This document shows positions 28,071-39,000 of a stretch of DNA of 64,000 nt, one piece after another; position 1 is the stretch's first letter; every line of letters begins with the position of its first letter. The position numbers were made by a program, and so were the translations under genes. Below the pieces are notes generated by a model that worked only from the letters and a program-made list of their open reading frames with translations, was not told the origin of the DNA and made no database searches. The stretch spans positions 66,963-130,962 of the forward strand of contig CAZRRH010000003.1 in NCBI GenBank assembly GCA_964602665.1. The letters run 5' to 3'. This stretch comes from an uncultured Candidatus Saccharibacteria bacterium (lineage in GTDB: Bacteria > Patescibacteriota > Dojkabacteria > SC72 > WJKH01).

Positions 28071-28529
28071 TTATTTGACTATTTTATACTGTTTTGTGCC
28101 GTTTGGAGTATTCACTGTAATTTCATCGCCAATTTTTTTCCCAAGGACAGCAATTCCTATTGGAGAATGTTGGGAAACTTTCTTCTGTAGTGGGTCAACT
28201 TCGTTTTCATTGACTACGGTGTATTCTGAAATCTCCTTTGTTTCTACTGATTGTAGACGAACTGTCGACCCAAGGCATACCGTCTTGTTTTTGCATTCTG
28301 AAACAACTTTAGCATTTTTTATTATTTCTTCAAGCTCCAGTATTCTTGTCTCGTTATCTTGAAATTGATCAAGTGCTAATTTATATCCTTCATTTTCACT
28401 TAAATCTCCATCTGACCTTAATTCATCTAGTGTGTTTACAAGCGTTTTCCTTATAGGACCGCTTTTAAGTGCATGTTCGTCTTTCATTTTGGCTAAACCT
28501 TCTGCTGTTAGCTCTATTGACTTTTTCAT
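28071..28529 (-). CDS. greA: transcription elongation factor GreA
   Basis: 152 aa. C-terminal SPIGIAVLGKKIGDEITV FKBP-like motif and N-terminal coiled-coil. Confidence 0.8.
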   Translation of the reverse strand: MKKSIELTAEGLAKMKDEHALKSGPIRKTLVNTLDELRSDGDLSENEGYKLALDQFQDNETRILELEEIIKNAKVVSECKNKTVCLGSTVRLQSVETKEISEYTVVNENEVDPLQKKVSQHSPIGIAVLGKKIGDEITVNTPNGTKQYKIVK

Positions 28530-28575
28530 TGATTTAATGGTACAATTATATTAGGTGACATATAATATCATAAAA

Positions 28576-28651
28576 TGCCGCCATCGTCTAGTGGTTAGGA
28601 CGGAAGATTCTCAATCTTTCAACCAGGGTTCGATTCCCTGTGGCGGTACCA
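28576..28651 (+). tRNA. tRNA-Glu (anticodon CUC) with encoded CCA
   Basis: Hand-folded cloverleaf. Acceptor GCCGCCA/TGGCGGT, D-arm GTCT..GACG, anticodon stem GAAGA/TCTTT with loop TTCTCAA (U33-CUC-A37), T-arm CAGGG-TTCGATT-CCCTG, discriminator A, then CCA. Confidence 0.75.
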
Positions 28652-28695
28652 AGTTTTAATTTTAAATTTAGAGTTTATAGCTCAAAATTTTCAAA

Positions 28696-29337
28696 GTGAA
28701 TTTCCATATTATTACAATATTTCCCAACCAATTATCAGAGTTTATCAAAGAAGGTATTCTTCGTATTGCACAAGAGAAAAAAGCTGTTAATATAAGAATA
28801 TACGATTTACGAAAATGGGGAATTGGTAAACACAAAAGAGTTGACGACAGGCCGTTTGGTGGAGGCGCGGGGATGTTGCTAATGCCTGAGCCTGTTTTTA
28901 ACGCTGTTGAAGAAATCAAGAAGAGTATTGGTAATAAAGTTAAAGTCTGGGCTATGACGCCAAGTGGAGTTAAGTTTACACAAAAGAAAGCTGCTGATGT
29001 GGTTAATAGCGATATAACTGATTATATTATTTTGTGTGGTCATTATGAAGGTTTTGATCAAAGAATTATTGATGGGCTTGTTGATGAGCAAGTCTCAATT
29101 GGTGATTTTGTGCTTTCTGGCGGTGAATTACCTGCTCTTATCTTAATTGACGCAATTTCAAGGCTTATTCCTGGGGTGCTTGGCAATGAGAGTTCTTTAG
29201 ACTCTGAAACTCATAATGAAGATGGATATAAGGATTTTCCAAATTGGACTAGACCTGAAGATTTCCGCGGAATGAAAGTGCCAAAAGTCTTACTTGAAGG
29301 TAATCACAGAAAGATAGCAGAATTTAGAAAAAAATAG
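28696..29337 (+). CDS. trmD: tRNA (guanine37-N1)-methyltransferase
   Basis: MNFHIITIFP...RPFGGGAGML...GHYEGFDQR motifs typical of the TrmD SPOUT fold. Confidence 0.9.
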   Translation: MNFHIITIFPNQLSEFIKEGILRIAQEKKAVNIRIYDLRKWGIGKHKRVDDRPFGGGAGMLLMPEPVFNAVEEIKKSIGNKVKVWAMTPSGVKFTQKKAADVVNSDITDYIILCGHYEGFDQRIIDGLVDEQVSIGDFVLSGGELPALILIDAISRLIPGVLGNESSLDSETHNEDGYKDFPNWTRPEDFRGMKVPKVLLEGNHRKIAEFRKK

Positions 29338-29391
29338 CACTTGCAGTTTTTATCTCAAGTAAGTATAATATACTAATAAGTTGTTAGCTTA

Positions 29392-29853
29392 ATGCAAATG
29401 CAAAGCTACGAACTAACTAGAGAAAAAATCCTCCAGTTGCGAAAGGAGTTATTTATCCTTAAGGGTAAGAAACTTACGGAGATAGCTTCCAGATTGCTAT
29501 TGGCCAGAGAGGACAATCTAGGTGAAGGGGACGACCCTTTTCACGAAATCTCCGTTGAGAAGCAAAATATTGAAGAAAGAATCTCCCAAATTGAAACCGT
29601 CTTAAAAAATGCGAAACAAATTAAGAAAAAAAGCAAAGATACTGTTGAATTAGGCTCTGTTGTTAAGGTTGAGACAGAAGGAGTTTGTGATTTATTCCAG
29701 ATTGTAAGCTCAATTGAGGCTCAGCCTTTTGAAAGAAAGGTCTCAAATATTTCTCCTATCGGAGAGGCTCTGATTGGCAAAAAAGTAGGGGATGTTATTG
29801 TCGTAAAATTAAAAAACCTAACAAAGGAATATAAAATACTCTCAATAGAGTAG
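29392..29853 (+). CDS. GreA/GreB-family transcription elongation factor (second paralog)
   Basis: 153 aa. C-terminal SPIGEALIGKKVGDVIVV motif. Confidence 0.7.
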   Translation: MQMQSYELTREKILQLRKELFILKGKKLTEIASRLLLAREDNLGEGDDPFHEISVEKQNIEERISQIETVLKNAKQIKKKSKDTVELGSVVKVETEGVCDLFQIVSSIEAQPFERKVSNISPIGEALIGKKVGDVIVVKLKNLTKEYKILSIE

Positions 29854-29891
29854 TATTATTAATATTTAACTTTTTTACAAAAACTTTATCT

Positions 29892-31130
29892 ATGCTTACT
29901 GACGAAAAAAAATTGCTTCTAAAAAATCTTTATGATATATCTGAATTTGTTGATGAGATATGGAAGAAGCAATTTGATCAGGAAAGTTCCTCTTTAACTG
30001 TTTATCCCGAAGATTTTAAAGAGAGTGATTTTGGTAATAATCCAGAGCTTTTGTCTCCTTATACTGTCATTAAAAAAAGTGGCAAAAAATATGTTGCAGT
30101 TCCCTATGGAGTTGAGTATAAAGATGAACTTGATAAGATATATAAAGCACTTGGTGAATGTGAAAAAACTGCTAAGGGGATTGATAAAAAGCTGTCGACT
30201 TATCTTGGCAGAATAAAGAGCTATTTGATAAAGGAGGATTATGAGGCTATTGATAAAGAGTATGTGTTGTACGATGGGTGGACCAGCATAAATCTTGGGC
30301 CATTTGAGACTTATGAAGATACTCACTTTGGTATTAAGAAAAGCTATCAATTTGCACTCACTCACAAATACACCGGTGCTGCAGCTACTTATACAAAAGA
30401 TCTACAAAAGCTTGCTGAAAATGCTGCGGTAATACTTCCTGCTGGCGTCGATGCAAAAAGGAAAATCAAAATAGAGTTTGTCAATGTCGCGACTCTCGGA
30501 GGGAGGTTTTCTGCTTATCCCGTGAGCACAATATGTCTTCCTAACAGTAAATTAATTGCAGATAAATACGGAAGTAAGATCCAGATTTTTATGAATAGTA
30601 TCGCTAATCGTGTAACCTCATTATTATTGCTTGGTAAGAAGTATCTTGTTAATACTAGTAATATTGAGATGGAGAAGCTCATGCGAGGGTTTCTACTTAT
30701 GGCTGTGATGCATCAGGTTTTTGATATTACAGTTAGATTTGATGACGCTCAGAAAAGATTGGGTAAATATTATGATATGGTAAGAGAAATTAGCTCATTT
30801 ATGCTTACAATCCAGACAGGGCTAAATTATGTTGCTAAGGGATGGATTTCCTCTGATGAACTTGCAAGCATGATTGATTCTATTATGCTTTTTGGTGTTG
30901 ATTCTATTAGAAAACAGGATAAATCTAACACTTATGCACAATATGCTAAGGGATTTGAAATTTACTTCGATTTTATGATTAAGAAAGGGCTAATAAAGAA
31001 AGTAGGTGATAAATATGATTACCAATGTAATGGAGATTTATGTGGTTTGAACAGTTTCTTGCCTGTTATTATGGATATTTATTCAAAAGGGACTGTAAAA
31101 GATATGCAGAAGCTTACGAATATAAGCTAA
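29892..31130 (+). CDS. hypothetical protein
   Basis: 412-aa ORF, no TM, no motifs recognised. Confidence 0.3.
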   Translation: MLTDEKKLLLKNLYDISEFVDEIWKKQFDQESSSLTVYPEDFKESDFGNNPELLSPYTVIKKSGKKYVAVPYGVEYKDELDKIYKALGECEKTAKGIDKKLSTYLGRIKSYLIKEDYEAIDKEYVLYDGWTSINLGPFETYEDTHFGIKKSYQFALTHKYTGAAATYTKDLQKLAENAAVILPAGVDAKRKIKIEFVNVATLGGRFSAYPVSTICLPNSKLIADKYGSKIQIFMNSIANRVTSLLLLGKKYLVNTSNIEMEKLMRGFLLMAVMHQVFDITVRFDDAQKRLGKYYDMVREISSFMLTIQTGLNYVAKGWISSDELASMIDSIMLFGVDSIRKQDKSNTYAQYAKGFEIYFDFMIKKGLIKKVGDKYDYQCNGDLCGLNSFLPVIMDIYSKGTVKDMQKLTNIS

Positions 31131-31174
31131 TTTGAGATGTTAGGTTGCAATTTAATTGCAGGAGAAATCCCCTC

Positions 31175-32530
31175 TTATTCTATCGATTTTACCCTTCTTT
31201 GTTCCATGCTATCTCGATCTCTTATTGTAAATGTTCCATCTTCTAAGGTCTGATAATCTACGGTTATACAATTAGGTGTACCAATTTCATCCTGTCTTCT
31301 GTAGTTTTTACCAATATTGCCTGTGTTGTCGTAAATTACCATTCCGTTAGTTTTTTGTCTTAGTCTGGAGTATAGTTTCTTTGCAAATTCTTCAAGTTTT
31401 GGATCTTTTTGGAGAGGGAAAATGGCGTATTTGACTGGCGCAATGTTTGGGGAAAGCTTCAAGTAAGTTCTAACTCCATCTTTTACCTTTTCCTCTTTGT
31501 AAGCATCCGTAAGTATTGTTGTAACAAGTCTTGACAGACCGAATGTAGGCTCTATTACATGTGGGCGGGTCCTCTTGCCATCTGGTGATATGAATTCCAT
31601 GTTTACGCCACTGTTTTTCTCGTGATTGCTTAGGTCAAAGTTTGTGCGATAAGCAAGCCCAAAGATTTCTTTGTAACCAGATTCGAATTTATATTCTATG
31701 TCTTCTGTTCGCTTTGAATAGTGAGAAAGCTCATGTTCCTCATGCCTTCGCCATCTTAACTTGCTTGGATCAAGCCCAACTAATTGAGTAAAATTCCACA
31801 TTTGCTCTCTCCAATATTCAAATAAGTCTTCCCATTTTTGTTCATTTGCATCAAAGAAATATTCAAACTCCATTAAGTCAAATTCTAATGTCCTAAATGT
31901 TAATTGTCCTTTTGTTATCTCGTTTCGAAATGCTTTTCCAGCTTGGCCTATTCCAAAAGGGAGTTTAGGACGCATGGAATCAAGTATGTTTTTAAAATTA
32001 AGAAAAAGTCCTTGTGCGATCTCGCCTCTAAGATAAGCGAGGCTTTTGCTCTCTTCTACTATTCCTATTTTTGTTTCAAATAGAGTGCTAAACTTTCTTG
32101 CCTTGCTAAGCTCATTGCCCTTTGGGCTTTTTATTCCTTCTTTGATAATTATTTTGTTTAGCTCTTCTGCGGTTTTTCCTTCAACCTTGATGCTTTCGCC
32201 TTTTTGGCTGTAATAGTCTTCGATTATGTGATCTGCCCGATATCTTTCGTGGGTTTTAAGATCTTCGATCATTATGTCAGCAAAATTCTGAACATGTCCG
32301 CTGGCTTCCCAGACTTTTGGGTTTAGTATTATGCTTGAATCAACGCCGTAAATGTCGTCTCTGTCTTGAATAAAAGTTTTCCACCATAATTTTCGGATAT
32401 TTTCCTTGAGCTCTGTTCCATATGGGCCAAAATCGTAGCTATTTGCCATTCCTCCATATATTTCACAACTAGGGTATATAAAACCACGTCTTTTTGCAAG
32501 TGCTGTTACTTTACTTATTAGATCTTCCAT
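31175..32530 (-). CDS. glyQS: glycyl-tRNA synthetase (dimeric archaeal/eukaryote-type GlyQS)
   Basis: N-terminal RRGFIYPSCEIYGGMANSYDFGPYG. 451 aa, class II motifs. Confidence 0.85.
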   Translation of the reverse strand: MEDLISKVTALAKRRGFIYPSCEIYGGMANSYDFGPYGTELKENIRKLWWKTFIQDRDDIYGVDSSIILNPKVWEASGHVQNFADIMIEDLKTHERYRADHIIEDYYSQKGESIKVEGKTAEELNKIIIKEGIKSPKGNELSKARKFSTLFETKIGIVEESKSLAYLRGEIAQGLFLNFKNILDSMRPKLPFGIGQAGKAFRNEITKGQLTFRTLEFDLMEFEYFFDANEQKWEDLFEYWREQMWNFTQLVGLDPSKLRWRRHEEHELSHYSKRTEDIEYKFESGYKEIFGLAYRTNFDLSNHEKNSGVNMEFISPDGKRTRPHVIEPTFGLSRLVTTILTDAYKEEKVKDGVRTYLKLSPNIAPVKYAIFPLQKDPKLEEFAKKLYSRLRQKTNGMVIYDNTGNIGKNYRRQDEIGTPNCITVDYQTLEDGTFTIRDRDSMEQRRVKSIE

Positions 32531-32558
32531 TTTTGTTGTTTCAAGATGAGAAATTAAT

Positions 32559-32753
32559 TTATTTTGATTTTTTTATTGCATTTACTGGGCATACTTGGGT
32601 TATTTCCGTTACTTCGGCTTCGTCAACAGATGCTTTTGTGTCGTCGATTTCGCCACTGTCTTTTATAAAGAAGTATTTATCATAAAGCATTGCGCATGTG
32701 CCACATTGTATACATATTTTTTTGTCTATTGTTAACTTGACTTTTTTACTCAT
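32559..32753 (-). CDS. small single-cluster ferredoxin
   Basis: 64 aa with CIQCGTC...CP cysteine pattern. Confidence 0.65.
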   Translation of the reverse strand: MSKKVKLTIDKKICIQCGTCAMLYDKYFFIKDSGEIDDTKASVDEAEVTEITQVCPVNAIKKSK

Positions 32754-32757
32754 TTCT

Positions 32758-33798
32758 TTATTCGTTATTATTTATTGTTTCATCGTTTTGCTCATCATCG
32801 TCTTTATCTTCCTCGTTTTCCTGAAGCTTTTTTTGAGTTATAATTTTGTTGACTTCTTTGTTCTTATGGACTATTAATGCAATAAAGATATATAATATTA
32901 AAGCAGTTATTGAGAAAGCAAATGATAATAGTATGCCGTCTTTGCTCATGCTTGACAATATATCTCCAATGCCCTGATTTAATGAACGCTCGATGGCGTA
33001 ATCTGTCGTGTTAAATGCGAATTTAATTGGGTTGGTACTTTTAAATATGTATGGTATGCCCCCCCATAATGTCAGTGCCCAAATATTACTGACGCCAAGT
33101 GCGACTACCAATTTTCTTGCAAATGTGAGATCAGGAATTGTTGTGGCATATCCGATAATGGCTAGTACAGTAATCAATACAAGCATCGCTTCTGGTCCGT
33201 ATTTAAGCAGCCTATAGATTAAGTTTACTTTTCCTATATTTTGCTCGTTTATGCCTAATGTGCTGTTTATCGAAAAGTCTAAATCTGATGTGATGTCTTC
33301 TGCACTTTCATTGTCAGTAGAATCTTTCTTTGTTATAGAACTTAGAAATTTACATACTCCATTTGAGCTGTCTTCTGCACAGTTGATTCCGCTTACAAAA
33401 TTATTGAAAAGATCTTCAATGTTATCGCCAAGCCCTTTAATCCCTTTCTGGATTTTGGAGAGCGGACTCTCAATCTCAAATGATACTGATGGAACTTGCT
33501 TGTTCTCTATCGATGTAAGAAAGTTTTCGACATTGGTAATTCGTTGTTTTTTTAGCGCCTCCTCGCTAATCAGCTCTTTGCTTATTTGATCAACAGTGCT
33601 TTTATCTAGCTGAGCTGATAATTGATTTGATAAAATTGACGTATAAATGGAGAGAAAAACCTTTTCGAAATTGATAGCGTCAAAAAGATTGTTAAGTCCA
33701 TTGGCGTTAGTTACGGTCTTCCCAATCGGGTATAGCACGACATTTAGCATCGCAAGGAGTATTATGACAGTGCGAATTAACGGTCTGCTCTTGAACAT
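32758..33798 (-). CDS. membrane protein with acidic C-terminal tail, unknown function
   Basis: N-terminal TM, several C-terminal hydrophobic helices, terminal E/D-rich tail. Confidence 0.3.
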   Translation of the reverse strand: MFKSRPLIRTVIILLAMLNVVLYPIGKTVTNANGLNNLFDAINFEKVFLSIYTSILSNQLSAQLDKSTVDQISKELISEEALKKQRITNVENFLTSIENKQVPSVSFEIESPLSKIQKGIKGLGDNIEDLFNNFVSGINCAEDSSNGVCKFLSSITKKDSTDNESAEDITSDLDFSINSTLGINEQNIGKVNLIYRLLKYGPEAMLVLITVLAIIGYATTIPDLTFARKLVVALGVSNIWALTLWGGIPYIFKSTNPIKFAFNTTDYAIERSLNQGIGDILSSMSKDGILLSFAFSITALILYIFIALIVHKNKEVNKIITQKKLQENEEDKDDDEQNDETINNNE

Positions 33799-33854
33799 AT
33801 TTGCAAAAAGCTATATAATATTACTGTTTTTATTATAGACTAATTTTAGTTGAT

Positions 33855-35429
33855 TTGCAAGGCATGGAGGAGAGATTAACATCATGGATATGGCAAGAAG
33901 CAAGGAAAATAGACGCAAAAACCAAGGATAAAGAAGTTGTACTTTTTCAGACAGGCTATGGACCATCAGGTCTTCCTCATATTGGCACATTCCAAGAAAT
34001 TGTTAGAACTGTTATGGTAATGAGGGCTTTTAAAGAGCTTACAGGCAAAAAGACAAGGCTTATTTCTTTTTCGGATGATCTTGATGCACTAAGAAAGATT
34101 CCTTCAAATATTCCTAACTCAGAAAAAATGCAAGAATTCCTAGGTGTATCTCTTTGCGCGATTCCTAATCCTTTTGACACTGAGTATAAAAGTTATGCAG
34201 AGCATAATATTGCATCTTTAAAGAAGTTCTTAGGAGAAGTTGGAGTAGAATGTGAATTCTTAATTGCTAGTGAAGCTTATAAAAGCGGCACGTTTAACGA
34301 GGCGCTAAAAGAATTTGGCAAAAAAGCTAAAGAGATTAAAGAGATAGTTACAAAAGAATACGGAATTACAGGAAGTGATCGTAAAGACACATATTGTCCT
34401 TTTATTCCAATTGACCCAAAGACAAATAAACATACAATGTTTGTAGAATCAGATTGGTATATAGATGATGACAAGCTTTTTTACAGAGAAAAAGGCACTG
34501 ATAAAATTAAAAGCACAAGTATACTTGACGGTAATGTAAAATGTCAGTGGAAAGTTGATTGGCCACTTAGGTGGAATGCGCTTGATATTGACTATGAAAT
34601 GCACGGCAAAGATCTTATGAGCTCAGTTCAATCAGGTAAAGAAATATTAAAACTATTAAACAAGCCCCTTCCAATTACTTACAAATTCGAGATGTATCTT
34701 GACGAAGAAGGTAAGAAAATTTCTAAATCAAAGGGAAATGGTCTGTCTTTTGAAGAGTGGATTAAGTATGCTCCTATCGATAGTTTGATGTGGTTTGTAT
34801 ATCAAGAGCCTAATAAAGCTAGGAAACTTTTTTGGGGTGTAATACCTATGGCTACGGATAGTCTAATTAAAGAATTAGAATCTCCTGATGATAAAAACAA
34901 GGCCTGCTGGGCGATTTGGCAGGGCAAATATCCAACATTTCCACCACTTTCTTATCAAATGCTCCTAAATCTTGTGAATATTGCAAATACAGACAATGAA
35001 AATGTACTTTGGAGATATATAAAAAATTACAAGCCAGATATTAATAGAGAAAACGAGTATTTACTTGATAAAATGGTCAAAGGTGCTATTAATTATTATA
35101 ACGATAAAATCGCTCCTAACAAAAAGTATGTTGTTCCTACAAAGGAACAGAAAATTATCATTAATGAGCTTGCAAACAGGTTAGAGAGTGACTATAAAGA
35201 AGCTGATAAATCGTTGGAAGGAGGTGATTTGGCAGACTATCTTATGGGCGGGGTTTATGAAATTGGTAAAAACCATTTTAGCAATGATAAAGATGCACTT
35301 AGAGATAAGTACTTTAAGATGCTTTATCAAGTAATTATGGGGCAAGATACAGGACCAAGATTTGCACAATTTGTTGTTGCTTACGGCGTTGAAAACAGCA
35401 TAAAATTACTTAGGGAGAAAGCCAAATGA
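33855..35429 (+). CDS. lysK: class I lysyl-tRNA synthetase
   Basis: PSGLPHIGTFQE (HIGH-like) and KISKSKGNG (KMSKS-like) motifs. 524 aa, typical of LysRS-I. Confidence 0.7.
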   Translation: MQGMEERLTSWIWQEARKIDAKTKDKEVVLFQTGYGPSGLPHIGTFQEIVRTVMVMRAFKELTGKKTRLISFSDDLDALRKIPSNIPNSEKMQEFLGVSLCAIPNPFDTEYKSYAEHNIASLKKFLGEVGVECEFLIASEAYKSGTFNEALKEFGKKAKEIKEIVTKEYGITGSDRKDTYCPFIPIDPKTNKHTMFVESDWYIDDDKLFYREKGTDKIKSTSILDGNVKCQWKVDWPLRWNALDIDYEMHGKDLMSSVQSGKEILKLLNKPLPITYKFEMYLDEEGKKISKSKGNGLSFEEWIKYAPIDSLMWFVYQEPNKARKLFWGVIPMATDSLIKELESPDDKNKACWAIWQGKYPTFPPLSYQMLLNLVNIANTDNENVLWRYIKNYKPDINRENEYLLDKMVKGAINYYNDKIAPNKKYVVPTKEQKIIINELANRLESDYKEADKSLEGGDLADYLMGGVYEIGKNHFSNDKDALRDKYFKMLYQVIMGQDTGPRFAQFVVAYGVENSIKLLREKAK

Positions 35430-36004
35430 GTGAAATAAACTTAGATCAAGCAAATAAAATCTTGTCATCATATATGGACAATAAAAACTTGATCAAACAT
35501 TCAAAAGCTGTCGCCGAGGCAATGCGAGTTTATGCTGTAAAATTTGGGGAAGATGAGCAGAAATGGCAAATTACAGGACTTCTACACGATGCCGATTGGC
35601 AGAAATATCCTGATAAACATCCTTTGCAGTTGATAGCGGATTTAGAGAGTCAGCAAATTGACCCTGAAATTATACATGCAATCAAAGCTCACGGCTGGGG
35701 TTGCGGAGTTGCTAATGAACAAGAACGATTTGAAGAACCTAAGACTACTATGGCAAAAGCTCTTCGTGCAGTAGATGAATTAACAGGGTTTATAGTCGCT
35801 GTCGCACTGATGAATCCTAAACAATTATCAGGGATATCTGTTGACTCCGTAAAAAAGAAAATGAAGGACAAAGGCTTTGCACGAAATGTCAATAGAGAAA
35901 TAATAGCACAAGGCGCAAAAGATTTAGGTGTTGAGCTAGAAGATCACATACAGACGGTTTTAGAAGCAATGCTAAATATAAAAGAAGTTCTCGATTTAAA
36001 ATAA
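35426..36004 (+). CDS. HD-domain phosphohydrolase-like protein
   Basis: H...LLHDADW motif. 192 aa. Confidence 0.45.
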   Translation: MSEINLDQANKILSSYMDNKNLIKHSKAVAEAMRVYAVKFGEDEQKWQITGLLHDADWQKYPDKHPLQLIADLESQQIDPEIIHAIKAHGWGCGVANEQERFEEPKTTMAKALRAVDELTGFIVAVALMNPKQLSGISVDSVKKKMKDKGFARNVNREIIAQGAKDLGVELEDHIQTVLEAMLNIKEVLDLK

Positions 36005-36017
36005 TTTTATATAAAAT

Positions 36018-39000
36018 ATGGATAGAAAGAAAAAAAATGTCTTGCTAGGTATAATCTTTTTCTTGATAGTTGCTTTATTTGTTTCTCTTTTCTTTGGATA
36101 TAAAGAGGTGGAAAAGAGGAATGAAGAAAACAACTTGTCTGTGTATAATTTGGAAAGTACGGCATTTGTGCTTGTCTCAAATGCTAATCATGATTTGTAT
36201 ATAGAGAATGGAAAGATAGAAGAATGTCCACAAAACGATCCGACTAGTATAACTTGCGTAAAGTACAAATATAATGCTGACGCGTTTTCTTATTATGAGA
36301 TAGTAAATGTAAATCCGCAGACTTCTTATGAAATAAAAAGTTATAAAAACTCTTTGTATAAATTTCTTGACATGAAAAGTGGTAATATATTATTTCAAAC
36401 AAAACAGATTGATGAGAATCCAGAGTTTCCTGACTCAATGTTTGGTAAAGTGCTTTATGGAGATGGGGAAGGAGCTGCAAATGCACTTGTAATAGTAACC
36501 TCAAATGAAGATGATGATTTCCCTCCTGTCGCAACACTGACAAATGATAATGGTGGATATTCAGTAAGTTTTAAACAGTTAAATAAGAATTATTTGCTTA
36601 AAGTATCTTTAGTGACTGTTAGTGGTTATAAAAGTGATAGATTAGTAGCCTCATATGATAATAAACCTGTATATGACATTGTTTTGGAAACTCAAAATGA
36701 TATGTCTTTAAGTAGTGCTAATTACGCTTCTAAGCAGAGCAAATCTTTAATAAGTAAAGTTTATGCCGATGGTAATTCTTGTTTTGATTCTGGCGCTTTG
36801 GGTGGTATAAGTGTACAATGTTCGGAATCAGTACACTGGTTTAGAGGATTAAATCCTAATGAATGTCCTGCAAGTTCAGCGGGTAGTTTTAGAGTTGGCT
36901 TGGTTGAGCACACTCACTACACACATCTTTTTGTTCCATCAGAGGGCAAAGTTTCATTGTATTTAAACGAGCTTGATTCAAGCGGTAAGGTGGTAAACAG
37001 CTCGCAAAATATTGATAACGGTCAGAAAATAAATGCATCTGTTTTAAAAGATAAAGTATCATATGAGTTAAAGGCAAGAATTGTAGATGGTAGTGGAAAT
37101 ATAATAAAAGAGTGTCAAGATATAGACAGAGGTGGTCCGATAATTATTAAAAAAGACACTCCAAAGACGACACATGGCGAGAAAGAGATAGAAAATCTAA
37201 ATAAAACAGTTGAAGTTTGCCCTAAGTTTGGAGAGAATTTTGCTGTAATTCCTGGTGAGGTTAGGACGGAGGATATGATTAAGGCAACAAATCGATTAGG
37301 TATGAACTGGGGCGAAGTTATAGCAGTAGATTTGGAAGGAGTCGATCATTATAGAGATATCGTGGAAAGAGCATCTGTTGTAAACATGAGAATAATTCTT
37401 CGGCTTTGTTATCGAGATAAATGTGAGCTTACAAATGGCTCAACATACGGTCAAAAAGTTGTTGAAACGTATAAAAAGCTTGTTTCTAGCGGCAAGGCTA
37501 AAAACGGAATTTATGTACATGTCGGACATAATGAGGTAAATGTCACAGAGTATCGTCTTCCAGCACAAGAAGCAAAATTTATGAATGACGCAATAGAGGT
37601 TATTGCTGCATCTGGGAATCTTGCAATGCAATCTGATGGCCCTGGTATACATCTTTTAGGACCTAATCTTGATTTGTTTTTTGAAGGTGGCGGTAAGCCG
37701 GAGTATAAAAAAGCAAATGAATATGTAGATGCTCTCCTTTCCAGCGGTTTGTCTTTAGATAACGCGAAAAAAATACAATATTGGACAGGCAATGTATACA
37801 TAAAAGATGGTAAAAACGATTATACTGCCAAAGTTTTTGATCATATAAAGTATCTTAGGGGTAAAGGATTAAATGGCAAATTTATAGTTACAGAAACAGG
37901 TAAAATTAATGGGGGATCATGGGAGGCGCTTGGTGATAATATTGGGACATTAATAAAAAGCGATGATGTCGCCGGTGTACTTATTTTCAACAGCTTTGGT
38001 TTAAATCCCGGATTAAGTGGAGATGCAAGCTCTATTGATTATTTTGCCTATCATAAAGAGCTTTGGGACGATTATAAGAGTGATAAATTAACATTGCACA
38101 ACAGTATCCTTGATAGAGCAGGTTGTACTCAAAGAGTTAAAGTTGAAATAATAGAGCCGGGTGCTCCTATAGATATTGTTTTGAAGGGAATAGGAGGTCC
38201 AGTTGGTGAAGCACAAGAAGATCCACCAACAAGTGACCCTATACCTGTATCGTCTGATGGAGTTTTAGGAGTCAGTACAACAAAAGATGTCTTGGGAGCT
38301 GCTACGATGAGATTACCTGAAATAGGAGAGTTCCTTATCACTTCAAGCAAATATAAGATTTTAAGGCCTTATGTCTCTAGATTTAGTAAAGAAGATCGTG
38401 ATGTCTCAGCCTTTTTTGATACCAACAAAAATTTGATCAAAGATGAGGGAGAGGAGTTTTTAACTAGTATGGCTGACTTTGAGTATAAAAAGGTCGGTTA
38501 TGTAAATAAATTTGATCTTGCCAAAGGACATAATGTTATTTCAATATCTTTGTACCCTTATGATGTGCTTTCCGCAGAGACATTATTAAATGTTATTAAT
38601 AATCAAGGAGGAAATGCTACAGCGATAGGGTATATAGAAAATGGCAGCTGGAAAATATTTAATAGAGTTAACGGAGTTTCTTATTCAAAGAATTTTGATA
38701 TAAAATCTGGAATGGGATTATATATAAAATCTGAAACTGATAGTACATTTACACTAAGAGGAGATGAATACTCTCAGCCTGTTGGTGTATACCTTTACAA
38801 AGGATGGAATTTAGTTGGTATACATGGCAGCGATAAGGATTACACATTTAAAAGTACGCTTGAAAACATAGCAAAAAATGAACTGTTGGAGGTCGAGTCG
38901 CTTGCTGTGTGGGATAAGCAGAGCAACAAATATAAAATGTTTATTTATGATGGTAGTAGTGCCTATGGAGATGAAGATCTTCCTGTGACAGAAAACACAG

